In this document: piece after piece, positions 56,636-64,000 of the stretch | Position numbering within the stretch: position 1 is the stretch's first letter | How the letters are laid out: each line of letters begins with the position of its first letter | Assembly: GCA_039185015.1 (NCBI GenBank) | Contig: JBCDAU010000012.1 | Location: 57,637-121,636 of the forward strand | Length of the DNA stretch: 64,000 bases | Direction: 5' to 3' | Origin: Actinomycetota bacterium | GTDB taxonomy: Bacteria; Actinomycetota; Acidimicrobiia; Acidimicrobiales; Poriferisodalaceae | Notes under the pieces: model-generated | Told to the model about the DNA's origin: nothing | Seen by the model: the letters and a program-made list of their open reading frames with translations, nothing else | Database searches by the model: none | Made by a program: the position numbers and the translations under genes

Positions 56636-57568
56636 TCAGCCCCGGAGCGCCGCCAGCTGCTCGGTGTGCGCCGGGAGGTGGCGGGTGGCCTGGATCTCGA
56701 TGGCGATCGTGCCCCACGGCATCGGCTGTTCGAGCACGACCTCGCCATCGCTGACGAAGCGGCAGGGCACGGCCGTCGCTCGCTGATCGGGATCGAGGCG
56801 ACGAGCGGCGCCGATCGCCTGGGCCGCTGCAGCTCGGGCGAAGGCCAGCAACCCGGCCCGGTCGCCCGCTGCGTCGATCACGGAGCGGAGGACCTCCGGG
56901 CGCTGGCACACCTCGTTGTCGAACGTCGGCGACCGCTGGTGGATGAGCGCGTGGGCGACAGCGGTCAGGCTGAGATCGTTCAGCGCGACGTGGGCCAGCA
57001 CCTCGTCGGCGCCCCACTGGCCCGGATCGGCCGCACCGAACCCGTCGCGGTCGGCCTCGGCGAGGAACGCTTCATAGGCGGAGCGCAGCGGCTCGAGGTC
57101 GGCGCCGTCCGCCGGCTCCTCGACCCCGTCGGCGAAGTGGTCGAGCACGTGCCCCCAGGCCGACGGGCCGACGTAGCTGCGGCGATGACCGAACCCGTCC
57201 TCGCCGAAGGACTCCCATCCGTCGTGGCGTATCTGGACCCGGGTCCCTGCGTCGACCTGCTCGAAGGTGACCTCGACCCGACTGGACGAGGCCTCGTCGC
57301 GCCCCGGGTGCCAGGCGAGCACGAAGCCCGTTGGCGGATCCCAACCGAGCACCTCGGCCCAGATGGCTTGCCGCCCATCCGTGGCCGTCTCGACGACCTG
57401 ACCGTCGACGAAGCGCACGCCGCCGGAGTCGGCCTGGAAGATCCCGTGGGAGGGCAGGGGCCACCAGGCGCCGATCTCGTCGACGAAGGCCCGGAAGGTC
57501 CGCTCGGGATCGCGTGCCACCGTGGCGGTGCGGATGACCGGCGGGGCCGGCTGGATCGTCGGGCTCAT
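56636..57568 (-). CDS. SRPBCC (AHSA1/activator-of-Hsp90-ATPase-like) domain protein with a C-terminal DinB-like extension
   Basis: N-terminus ...IRTATVARDPERTFRAFVDEIGAWWP... ATGA overlap with the upstream ArsR gene. Confidence 0.6.
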   Translation of the reverse strand: MSPTIQPAPPVIRTATVARDPERTFRAFVDEIGAWWPLPSHGIFQADSGGVRFVDGQVVETATDGRQAIWAEVLGWDPPTGFVLAWHPGRDEASSSRVEVTFEQVDAGTRVQIRHDGWESFGEDGFGHRRSYVGPSAWGHVLDHFADGVEEPADGADLEPLRSAYEAFLAEADRDGFGAADPGQWGADEVLAHVALNDLSLTAVAHALIHQRSPTFDNEVCQRPEVLRSVIDAAGDRAGLLAFARAAAAQAIGAARRLDPDQRATAVPCRFVSDGEVVLEQPMPWGTIAIEIQATRHLPAHTEQLAALRG

Positions 57569-57885
57569 GAGGTCGCTCCCGTGTCGTCGCTGGACTCGAC
57601 GTGATCGACGAAGGCGGTCAGGACGTCGTCCCAGAACGAGTCCACCCACGCCCGAACCTCGCCGAGCGTGCCGAGGTCGACGGAGTAGAGCCGTCGGGTC
57701 CCGTGTTCCCGCACTCGAACCAGGCCGGCGTCGTGCAGCACCCGGAGGTGCTGCGACACGGCGGACTGCGTCACCGGCAGGGCGTCGGTCAGCTCGCGCA
57801 CGGTCTGCTCGCCGTCGCGGAGCAGTCGGAGGACCGCCCTGCGGTTCGGGTTGCCCAGCGCATCGAGCGCCGCTTCATCAGTCAC
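57565..57885 (-). CDS. ArsR/SmtB-family transcriptional regulator
   Basis: ...LGNPNRRAVLRLLRDGEQTVRELTDALPVTQSAVSQHLRVLHDAGLV... Confidence 0.85.
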   Translation of the reverse strand: MTDEAALDALGNPNRRAVLRLLRDGEQTVRELTDALPVTQSAVSQHLRVLHDAGLVRVREHGTRRLYSVDLGTLGEVRAWVDSFWDDVLTAFVDHVESSDDTGATS

Positions 57886-57901
57886 AACTAATGATTAGCA
57901 T

Positions 57902-58507
57902 CTACTGATGGAAGGTGCAACCGCCCGACGAGGTGGATGGCGGGTTCCAGTCGGGGGCGATCGAACGCAGGACGGTCCGGGCATGCTCGGCGAGCTCGGT
58001 CGCCGGCGCGCTGCGCCTGGCGTGGACCATGAGCCCCTGGAAGGCGAGGTCGACCGAGACCGTCGCCGAGCCGGCGTCGACACCGGGCGCGAGCTGCCCG
58101 GCCGCAGCCGCCCGCTCGAACTGCGCGGCGAAGCCGTCACGGATCATCGCGAAACCGCGGGCCATCACATCGTCGAGCTCGGCGGCGAGGGCGGGGTGCT
58201 CGGTCGCCGTCGCCGTGAGGAGGCATCCCGTCAACCGATCGCCGTCGGCCGGTGGCACGAGGGCGGAGTCGAGGAAGCGCCAGACGTTGTCGAGGGGGTC
58301 GCCGTCGGCGGGCAGGTACCGCTCGATGCGACGGCCGATGACCTGATCGACGTACTGCTCGAGCACGACCCGGGCGAGACCGTCCTTGCTCCCGAAGCGC
58401 CGATAGATGGACGGCGCCTTCAGCTCCAGCTCCGACTCGAGCTCGCGGATCGAGGTGGCCGACCAGCCTCGGCGCCAGAAGGCCCGCATGGCGCGATCGA
58501 CCACCAC
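57902..58507 (-). CDS. TetR/AcrR family transcriptional regulator
   Basis: HTH ...WSATSIRELESELELKAPSIYRRFGSKDGL... GTG start, so the N-terminus is uncertain. Confidence 0.8.
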   Translation of the reverse strand: MVVDRAMRAFWRRGWSATSIRELESELELKAPSIYRRFGSKDGLARVVLEQYVDQVIGRRIERYLPADGDPLDNVWRFLDSALVPPADGDRLTGCLLTATATEHPALAAELDDVMARGFAMIRDGFAAQFERAAAAGQLAPGVDAGSATVSVDLAFQGLMVHARRSAPATELAEHARTVLRSIAPDWNPPSTSSGGCTFHQ

Positions 58508-58580
58508 GTCCTCGTCGAACTTCGGTGCTCTCGGCAGGTGCGCGTCCTTCCCGCTTCCGGTGGTTGACGATGATAGCGAG

Positions 58581-58592
58581 CGTTACCTAACG
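58581..58592. promoter_or_regulatory. palindrome cgtta-cc-taacg in the divergent TetR/dehalogenase intergenic region (candidate operator)
   Basis: Seen in the sequence, 29 bp upstream of the dehalogenase ATG. Confidence 0.3.
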
Positions 58593-58620
58593 TCCGCCAC
58601 AACGAGCCCGAGGGAGCCCG

Positions 58621-59493
58621 ATGTCCGACTTCGATGCCACACCACTGACCAAGTCCCACGCCACCGTCGACGGCAAGCGCATGGCGTACCACGAGCGCGG
58701 CGAGGGCGACCCGGTGGTCTTCCTCCACGGCAACCCGACGTCGTCGTACCTCTGGCGCAACATCATCCCGCACGTCGCCGACCGCGCCCGCTGCATCGCC
58801 CCGGACCTCATCGGGCAGGGCGACTCCGACAAGCTCGACGACACCGGACCCGACTCGTACCGCTTCGTCGAGCACCGTCACTACCTCGACGGGCTCCTCG
58901 ATCAGCTCGACCTGGGCGACCGCGTCACCCTCGTGATCCACGACTGGGGGTCGGCGCTCGGCTTCGACTGGGCCAATCGCCACCGCGACCGCGTCGCGGG
59001 CATCGCCTTCATGGAGGCGCTCGTCCGCCCGGTGACCTGGGCGGAGTGGCCCGAGGCGGCGACCGACATCTTCCAGGCCTTCCGCTCCCCTGCCGGTGAG
59101 GACATGGTCATCGGCAAGAACCTCTTCGTGGAGGCGGTGCTGCCGGGCTCGATCCAGCGGGAGCTCACCGAGGAGGAGATGAACGAGTACCGGCGCCCGT
59201 TCGTCGAGCCCGAGCACCGGCGCCCGACGCTGACCTGGCCGCGACAGATCGCCATCGACGGCGAGCCTGCCGACGTCCACGACATCAAGGCGGCCTACGC
59301 CGAGTGGCTGCCGACCGCGCCGTTCCCGAAGCTGTTCGTCAACGCAGAACCGGGCGCGATCCTCACCGGCGAGGTACGGGAGTTCGTGCGCACGTGGTCG
59401 AACCTGACCGAGGTCACCGTCGCCGGGAGCCACTTCGTCCAGGAGGACAGCCCGCACGAGATCGGCCAGGCGATCGCCGACTGGATGGGTTGA
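58621..59493 (+). CDS. haloalkane dehalogenase (HLD-II, DhaA/LinB-like alpha/beta hydrolase)
   Basis: [12 protein letters not shown], nucleophile region [11 protein letters not shown], and C-terminal [12 protein letters not shown] (catalytic His). Confidence 0.85.
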   Translation: MSDFDATPLTKSHATVDGKRMAYHERGEGDPVVFLHGNPTSSYLWRNIIPHVADRARCIAPDLIGQGDSDKLDDTGPDSYRFVEHRHYLDGLLDQLDLGDRVTLVIHDWGSALGFDWANRHRDRVAGIAFMEALVRPVTWAEWPEAATDIFQAFRSPAGEDMVIGKNLFVEAVLPGSIQRELTEEEMNEYRRPFVEPEHRRPTLTWPRQIAIDGEPADVHDIKAAYAEWLPTAPFPKLFVNAEPGAILTGEVREFVRTWSNLTEVTVAGSHFVQEDSPHEIGQAIADWMG

Positions 59494-59497
59494 GGGC

Positions 59498-60676
59498 TCA
59501 GACCACGCGCCGGCGCCGGTCGAGCGCGGTCAGCGCCTCGTCGAGCTGAGCGTTCGTCCAACCCTCGTCGAGGGCTCGCCGGACGATGTCGGCCTGGGTC
59601 GCCGGGGCGAGTCCGTCGACCGGCGGGTCGTTGTCGAGGTCGCTGGGGAACGCGTAGCCCTCCGCCGCGGCGCCGAGCGCAGCGCCGACCGCCCGCTCCG
59701 ACCAGCCGGCGTCGCGTCGACGGCGGAGCGCGGGGTAGATCGCCCGCACGACGGCGGTGCGGTCGACGCGCTCCATCGCCCGCCCGAGCGGACTGGAGAC
59801 CTGCAGCAGGTTCGCCACGCGCCGCACGTCTGCGCTGCGGTTGTCGCCGGCTGCGTGGAGGAGCGCGGGATTGAAGAACACGGCGTCACCGACGTCCAGC
59901 GGGAGCTGCACGAACCGCTCCTCGAACGCCGCCGCCACCTCGGGCTGCCGGTACGCCAGGTACCCGAGCGGGTACTTCTGCGAGTGGGGCAGCAGCTTGG
60001 TCGGCCCGGACTCGATCGGCATCTCGCAGTGCGCGACCGCCCCCTGGAGGGTGAGCATCGGCGACATGGTGTGGACGTGATGTGGGAACCGGGCCACCTC
60101 GTCGTCGGTCATGAAGCCGAGGTGGTAGTCGCGGTGCGGTGCCTGGGCCGCCCCGCCGGGGTTCACGACGTTGATCTGAGCGGTGACCTGGTACCCCGGG
60201 CCGAGCCACGCCTCGGACGCCAGCGCGATCGTCTCGCTGGCGTAGTAGTCGACGAAGGTGCCCGGGTCGTCCAGGGCGAGCTTCTCGAGGGTGTTCCAGG
60301 CTCGTTCGTTGGCGCCGGCGACCGCGAAGTGGTCGGCGGCGCTGATGCCCGCCTCACGCTCCCGTCGAAGGATCGTGTCGCAGACCGCGCTGGAGCGATG
60401 GACCGCGTCGGGGTCGACCGCACCGCGGAAGGCGACGACGCCAGGCCCGGCGCCGATCGCGTGGGCGATCTCCCCCAGCACGCGCCGACGACGGTCGAGG
60501 TCGTCGACGATCTCCTCGACGGCGGCCGCGTCGTAGACGATGACGCCGGACTCGACGCCGATCGCGTGCTCGTAAAGAGACTCGTCGGTGTCGACGTCGA
60601 CGACGCGGAGGAGGTCGTCGAGATCGACGTCGCTCACGGTCCAGAAGCCGTCGTGGGAGCGCACCCGGTGGTCCAT
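59498..60676 (-). CDS. phytanoyl-CoA dioxygenase (PhyH)-family Fe(II)/2OG oxygenase
   Basis: ...PHRDY... then ...H... facial triad in a PhyH-like context. 392 aa from ATG 60676. Confidence 0.75.
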   Translation of the reverse strand: MDHRVRSHDGFWTVSDVDLDDLLRVVDVDTDESLYEHAIGVESGVIVYDAAAVEEIVDDLDRRRRVLGEIAHAIGAGPGVVAFRGAVDPDAVHRSSAVCDTILRREREAGISAADHFAVAGANERAWNTLEKLALDDPGTFVDYYASETIALASEAWLGPGYQVTAQINVVNPGGAAQAPHRDYHLGFMTDDEVARFPHHVHTMSPMLTLQGAVAHCEMPIESGPTKLLPHSQKYPLGYLAYRQPEVAAAFEERFVQLPLDVGDAVFFNPALLHAAGDNRSADVRRVANLLQVSSPLGRAMERVDRTAVVRAIYPALRRRRDAGWSERAVGAALGAAAEGYAFPSDLDNDPPVDGLAPATQADIVRRALDEGWTNAQLDEALTALDRRRRVV

Positions 60677-60756
60677 GGGCGGCAGTTTAGAGCGCTCCAA
60701 CGCGGGCTGCCCGAAAACCGCCGGTGGGGTCGAAGCTCCGGTGCGAGGGTGATGCC

Positions 60757-61542
60757 ATGACGATCGACCCCGCCACCGCATCCGACCTCGGCGCCCGGTT
60801 CGCCGAGCTGCACGCCGAGGGCACCTTCCTCCTCGTGAACGTGGCCGACCCCGTCACCGCGGCGGCGGTCGTCGCCGCCGGGGCGCGGTCGATCGCGACC
60901 TCCAGCGGTGCCCACGCCGCCCTGATCGGACGCCGGGACGCCGCCGGCGCCGTCTCGATGGACGAGCACGCCGAGCACACCGAGCAGCTCGTCGCCGCCG
61001 CATCGACCGTCCCCTGCAACGTCGACGCCGAGAACGGCTACGGCCACGAGCCCGAGGACGTCGCTGCGGCCGTCCGACGCTTCGCGGCCACCGGAGCGGC
61101 AGGCATGGGGATCGAGGACTGGTCGGGCGACGCCGACCGAGGCGTGTACGACCGAGCCCTGACCGTCGCTCGCATCGAGGCAGCGGTCGAGGCCGCAGCG
61201 GCGCTGGACCGTCCCTTCCTCGTCACGGGCCGGACCGAGGTCCTGCTCTACGACCTCGACGGCGGCATCAGCGAGGCCCTTGCCCGGCTCCAGGGGATGG
61301 CCGAGGTCGGCGCGCACTGCCTCTACGCCCCCGGCACGAGGAGCCTCGATTCGGTGCGAACGGTCGTGGCGGACGCCGGCGGTCCCGTGAACGTCCTCGC
61401 CGCGCCGTGGCGTGACGGCGCGCCGACCGTCGCCGAGATCGCCGAGGCCGGCGCTCGCCGCATCAGCCTGGGCGGCGCGCTCTTCACCGCCCAGGTGAAG
61501 TTCGCCGCAGCCGAGGTCGGGCGCCTGGTCGACGAGCTCTGA
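60757..61542 (+). CDS. isocitrate lyase/PEP mutase-family enzyme (2-methylisocitrate lyase / carboxyvinyl-carboxyphosphonate phosphorylmutase-like)
   Basis: RBS gagggtg. ...VADPVTAAAVVAAGARSIATSSGAHA... and ...CNVDAENGYG...GIEDW... Confidence 0.7.
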   Translation: MTIDPATASDLGARFAELHAEGTFLLVNVADPVTAAAVVAAGARSIATSSGAHAALIGRRDAAGAVSMDEHAEHTEQLVAAASTVPCNVDAENGYGHEPEDVAAAVRRFAATGAAGMGIEDWSGDADRGVYDRALTVARIEAAVEAAAALDRPFLVTGRTEVLLYDLDGGISEALARLQGMAEVGAHCLYAPGTRSLDSVRTVVADAGGPVNVLAAPWRDGAPTVAEIAEAGARRISLGGALFTAQVKFAAAEVGRLVDEL

Positions 61543-61569
61543 TGCCCTCGGCCCGACCTCGCCGACCGG

Positions 61570-62334
61570 TCATCGGGCGGTGTAGCCGGCATCGACGTGG
61601 ACGATCTCGCCGGTGACGTAGCTGGCGTCGTCCGAGGCGAGGAACGCGACGACCTTGGCGACCTCGATCGGTTCGGCGAGGCGCTTCATCGGGATCGTGG
61701 CATCGGCGAGCGCCTGGAGCTCGTCCTCGGTCGGTGAGGTCGGACGGTGCGAGGACAGCATGGGGGTGCGCACCTCCCCCGGGGCGACCGCGTTGGCCCT
61801 GATGCCCTGCTCGACGTGGTCGAGGGCGAGCGCACGGGTGAGTTGGTGCACGGCGCCCTTCGAGGCGCAGTAGGCCAGGGCGCCCGCCGACCCGACCGCT
61901 CCCCAGATCGATCCGAAGTTCACGATGGCCCCGAAACCGGCGTCGATCATCGGTCCGAGGGCGGCCCTGCAGCAGTAGAAGGTGCCGTCGACGTTGATGC
62001 TCATCACCCGATGCCAGTCGTCGTCGGAGGTCTCCGTCGCTCCGGCTCGGTGGATCGTCCCGGCGGCGTTCACGAGCACGTCGAGGCGACCGAACCGCTC
62101 CACGACGTCGGCGACCAACTCGTCGCAGAACGCCGACCGGCTGACGTCACCGGTTCGCACGAGCACGCCGGGAGCGCCACGGTCATGGCAGTCCCGCCCC
62201 ACGGCCGTCGCCCCGGCCTCGTCGATGTCGACCACGACGACCGCGTCGCCCCCTTCGGCGAGGAGGCGAGCCGTCGCTGCCCCCATGCCCGACGCTCCCC
62301 CGGTCACGACGGCCACCCGATCGGAGCGGGTCAC
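61570..62334 (-). CDS. SDR-family oxidoreductase
   Basis: VAVVTGGASGMGAATA, NAAG, and a YxxxK region. Confidence 0.85.
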   Translation of the reverse strand: MTRSDRVAVVTGGASGMGAATARLLAEGGDAVVVVDIDEAGATAVGRDCHDRGAPGVLVRTGDVSRSAFCDELVADVVERFGRLDVLVNAAGTIHRAGATETSDDDWHRVMSINVDGTFYCCRAALGPMIDAGFGAIVNFGSIWGAVGSAGALAYCASKGAVHQLTRALALDHVEQGIRANAVAPGEVRTPMLSSHRPTSPTEDELQALADATIPMKRLAEPIEVAKVVAFLASDDASYVTGEIVHVDAGYTAR

Positions 62335-63095
62335 CCGCCGTCCCTCGCTGCGACCGGATCGAAGAACATCCCGCCGTACGCCTGGCCGGTCGGTTGGAGC
62401 TCGATCCGATTGACGTTCACGTGTGGAGGGACGGCGACGGCGTAGTGGATGGCGTCCGCGATCTCGGCGGCGGTGACCTCCTCGATCCCCGTGTCCGTCG
62501 CGGCCGCACGTCGGTCAGGATCGCTGATCGCCACGTCGTAGAACTCGGTGGTGACCCGCCCGGGACAGATCTCCGTGACGCGCACGCCGCTCCCGCGCAG
62601 CTCCAGCCGGAGGTTCGTGCTCAGCCGGTGGATGGCGGCCTTCGAGGCGCCGTAGAGGGCGTTGGGCGCGGCGTAGAGCGCGGTGACGGAACCGACGTTG
62701 ACGATGTGCCCGGAACGACGCTCGACCATCCCGCGGAGGACGGCGCCGGTGACCACGAGCAGCGCGGTCACGTTGGTCTCGATGGTGACGGCGATGTCGT
62801 CGATCGAGGACTCGGCGAGCGTGCCGTCCATCCGACCGAGACCGGCGTTGTTCACGAGGACGTCGATCCTGCCGATGCCCGCGGCGAGCGCCGACATCGC
62901 TTCGGTGTCGCGAACGTCGAGGGCGTGGGTGGTGCACCCGGTGCGCTCGGCGAGCGACGCGAGGCGGTCGACGCGGCGGGCCGTCGCGTGCACGGTGAAC
63001 CCCTCCGCGGCGAGACGCTCGGCGGTCGCCCGACCGATCCCGCTCGACGCACCCGTGACGAGCGCGACGGGCGACGACGGGCTGCTGCTCGACAC
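62331..63095 (-). CDS. SDR-family oxidoreductase
   Basis: ALVTGASSGIGRATA, NNAG. ATGA overlap with the downstream SDR gene. GTG 63095 was chosen over ATG 63209. Confidence 0.75.
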   Translation of the reverse strand: MSSSSPSSPVALVTGASSGIGRATAERLAAEGFTVHATARRVDRLASLAERTGCTTHALDVRDTEAMSALAAGIGRIDVLVNNAGLGRMDGTLAESSIDDIAVTIETNVTALLVVTGAVLRGMVERRSGHIVNVGSVTALYAAPNALYGASKAAIHRLSTNLRLELRGSGVRVTEICPGRVTTEFYDVAISDPDRRAAATDTGIEEVTAAEIADAIHYAVAVPPHVNVNRIELQPTGQAYGGMFFDPVAARDGG

Positions 63096-63211
63096 GGCGT
63101 CACGGTAGTCCGACCGAGCTCGGGTCGAGCTTGCCCGGCCGTGTCTCACTGCTACGTTCGACGCCGCCACGGCGACGGCAGTCGTCGCCCGGACCGAGGA
63201 GCGCAGCACCG

Positions 63212-63865
63212 GTGAAAGGCGACGTCGTCGTCATCGAGGAGCACCACCGGCAGGCCGCGGCCGTCATCGCCCCGGTGGTCGCCCCGGCGGTGAGAGCCAA
63301 GCAGGGTCGGTACACGATCACCGTCGCCGGCGAGTCCGGGAGCGGGAAGTCCGAGACCGCCAACGCCATCGCCGAGGCCCTGGCGGCCGAGGGGATGCGC
63401 GCGGTGGTGCTGGGCCAGGACGACTACTTCGTGCTGCCGCCCCGCAGCAACGATGCCAGGCGCCGAGAGGACCCAGCCTGGCTCGGGCCGCACGTCGAGG
63501 TCCGACTCGACGTGCTCGAGCAGAACCTCATCGACGCGATCGCCGGCGAACCCTCGATCACGAAGCCGTTGGTCGACTACGACGCCGACTCGGTCGAGGA
63601 CGAGACGCTCGACCTGGGCGGTGTCGATGCCGTCATCGCCGAGGGCACCTACACCTCGCTGCTGCGCCACGTCGACACCCGGGTCTTCATCGCCCGGAAC
63701 CGCCTGGAGACCCTCGCGCATCGGCAGAAGCGCAACCGGGGCGACGAGGTCGGCGACCCGTTCATCGAGGCCATCCTCGAGACCGAGCACAAGATCATCG
63801 CCGGCCACCGGAACCTCGCCGACTTCGTGATCACCCGCGACTACGAGGTGCTCGTCGCTCCCTGA
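63212..63865 (+). CDS. P-loop kinase of the uridine kinase/phosphoribulokinase family
   Basis: ITVAGESGSGKSE Walker A. The GTG start is uncertain. Confidence 0.6.
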   Translation: MKGDVVVIEEHHRQAAAVIAPVVAPAVRAKQGRYTITVAGESGSGKSETANAIAEALAAEGMRAVVLGQDDYFVLPPRSNDARRREDPAWLGPHVEVRLDVLEQNLIDAIAGEPSITKPLVDYDADSVEDETLDLGGVDAVIAEGTYTSLLRHVDTRVFIARNRLETLAHRQKRNRGDEVGDPFIEAILETEHKIIAGHRNLADFVITRDYEVLVAP

Positions 63866-64000
63866 TCGGCGGCCGACCAGCGCCGCTCACCGTCGCCGTC
63901 GAGGTGGCTGACGAGGAAGGTCGCCGCGGCGAGGTCGGCCTCGAGCCGGGCGGTCGCGCCGTCCCCGGTCCACTCGAGGACGATCTCGTGCTCGTCGGGC
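63841..64000 (-). CDS. 3' end of a minus-strand gene extending beyond the window (C-terminus ...FLVSHLDGDGERRWSAADQGATSTS*)
   Basis: This frame shows high third-position GC and non-degenerate composition. Stop at 63841-63843. Overlaps the convergent kinase gene by 25 bp. Confidence 0.3.
   Translation of the reverse strand, partial: PDEHEIVLEWTGDGATARLEADLAAATFLVSHLDGDGERRWSAADQGATSTS

Overview
This is a 64 kb, high-GC (about 70%) chromosomal segment, almost certainly Actinomycetota (mycothiol-dependent MDMPI-family enzyme, LLM/F420-type oxidoreductase, GTG starts, genes overlapping at stop/start). It is densely coding on both strands; I can support about 55 protein genes. I see no rRNA or tRNA, no CRISPR array, no transposase or integrase, and no riboswitch. 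The content is mostly lipid, acyl-CoA, aromatic and xenobiotic metabolism plus regulators. Recognisable genes include a single-chain BC-BCCP-CT acyl-CoA carboxylase with a CoA-transferase and an LLM oxidoreductase, a Rieske oxygenase with its ferredoxin, boxC and boxB, a P450, a haloalkane dehalogenase, PhyH- and 2OG-oxygenases, several SDRs and TetR regulators, PPK2 and HrpA. The points I think deserve a second look are these. (1) A standalone TIR-domain protein fused to a roughly 7-TM membrane domain. (2) A protein built of two SLATT-like 2TM modules directly downstream of a beta-lactamase-fold hydrolase. (3) An NfeD / flotillin / giant 1616-aa AAA+ ATPase operon. (4) A 2.2 kb stretch holding three unrelated tandem-repeat arrays, one of which copies the 3' end of a TetR gene and one of which forms palindromes over the ribosome-binding site of a NUDIX gene. 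(5) An 18-bp x6 repeat plus CGTACG palindromes upstream of a large LuxR-family regulator. (6) A GGDEF-domain C-terminal remnant lying in frame just after a stop codon. Start coordinates come from frame arithmetic against the supplied ORF track plus RBS inspection, so expect +/- a few codons of uncertainty. Many long ORFs in the track are antisense or alternate-frame artefacts of the GC bias and I have rejected them.
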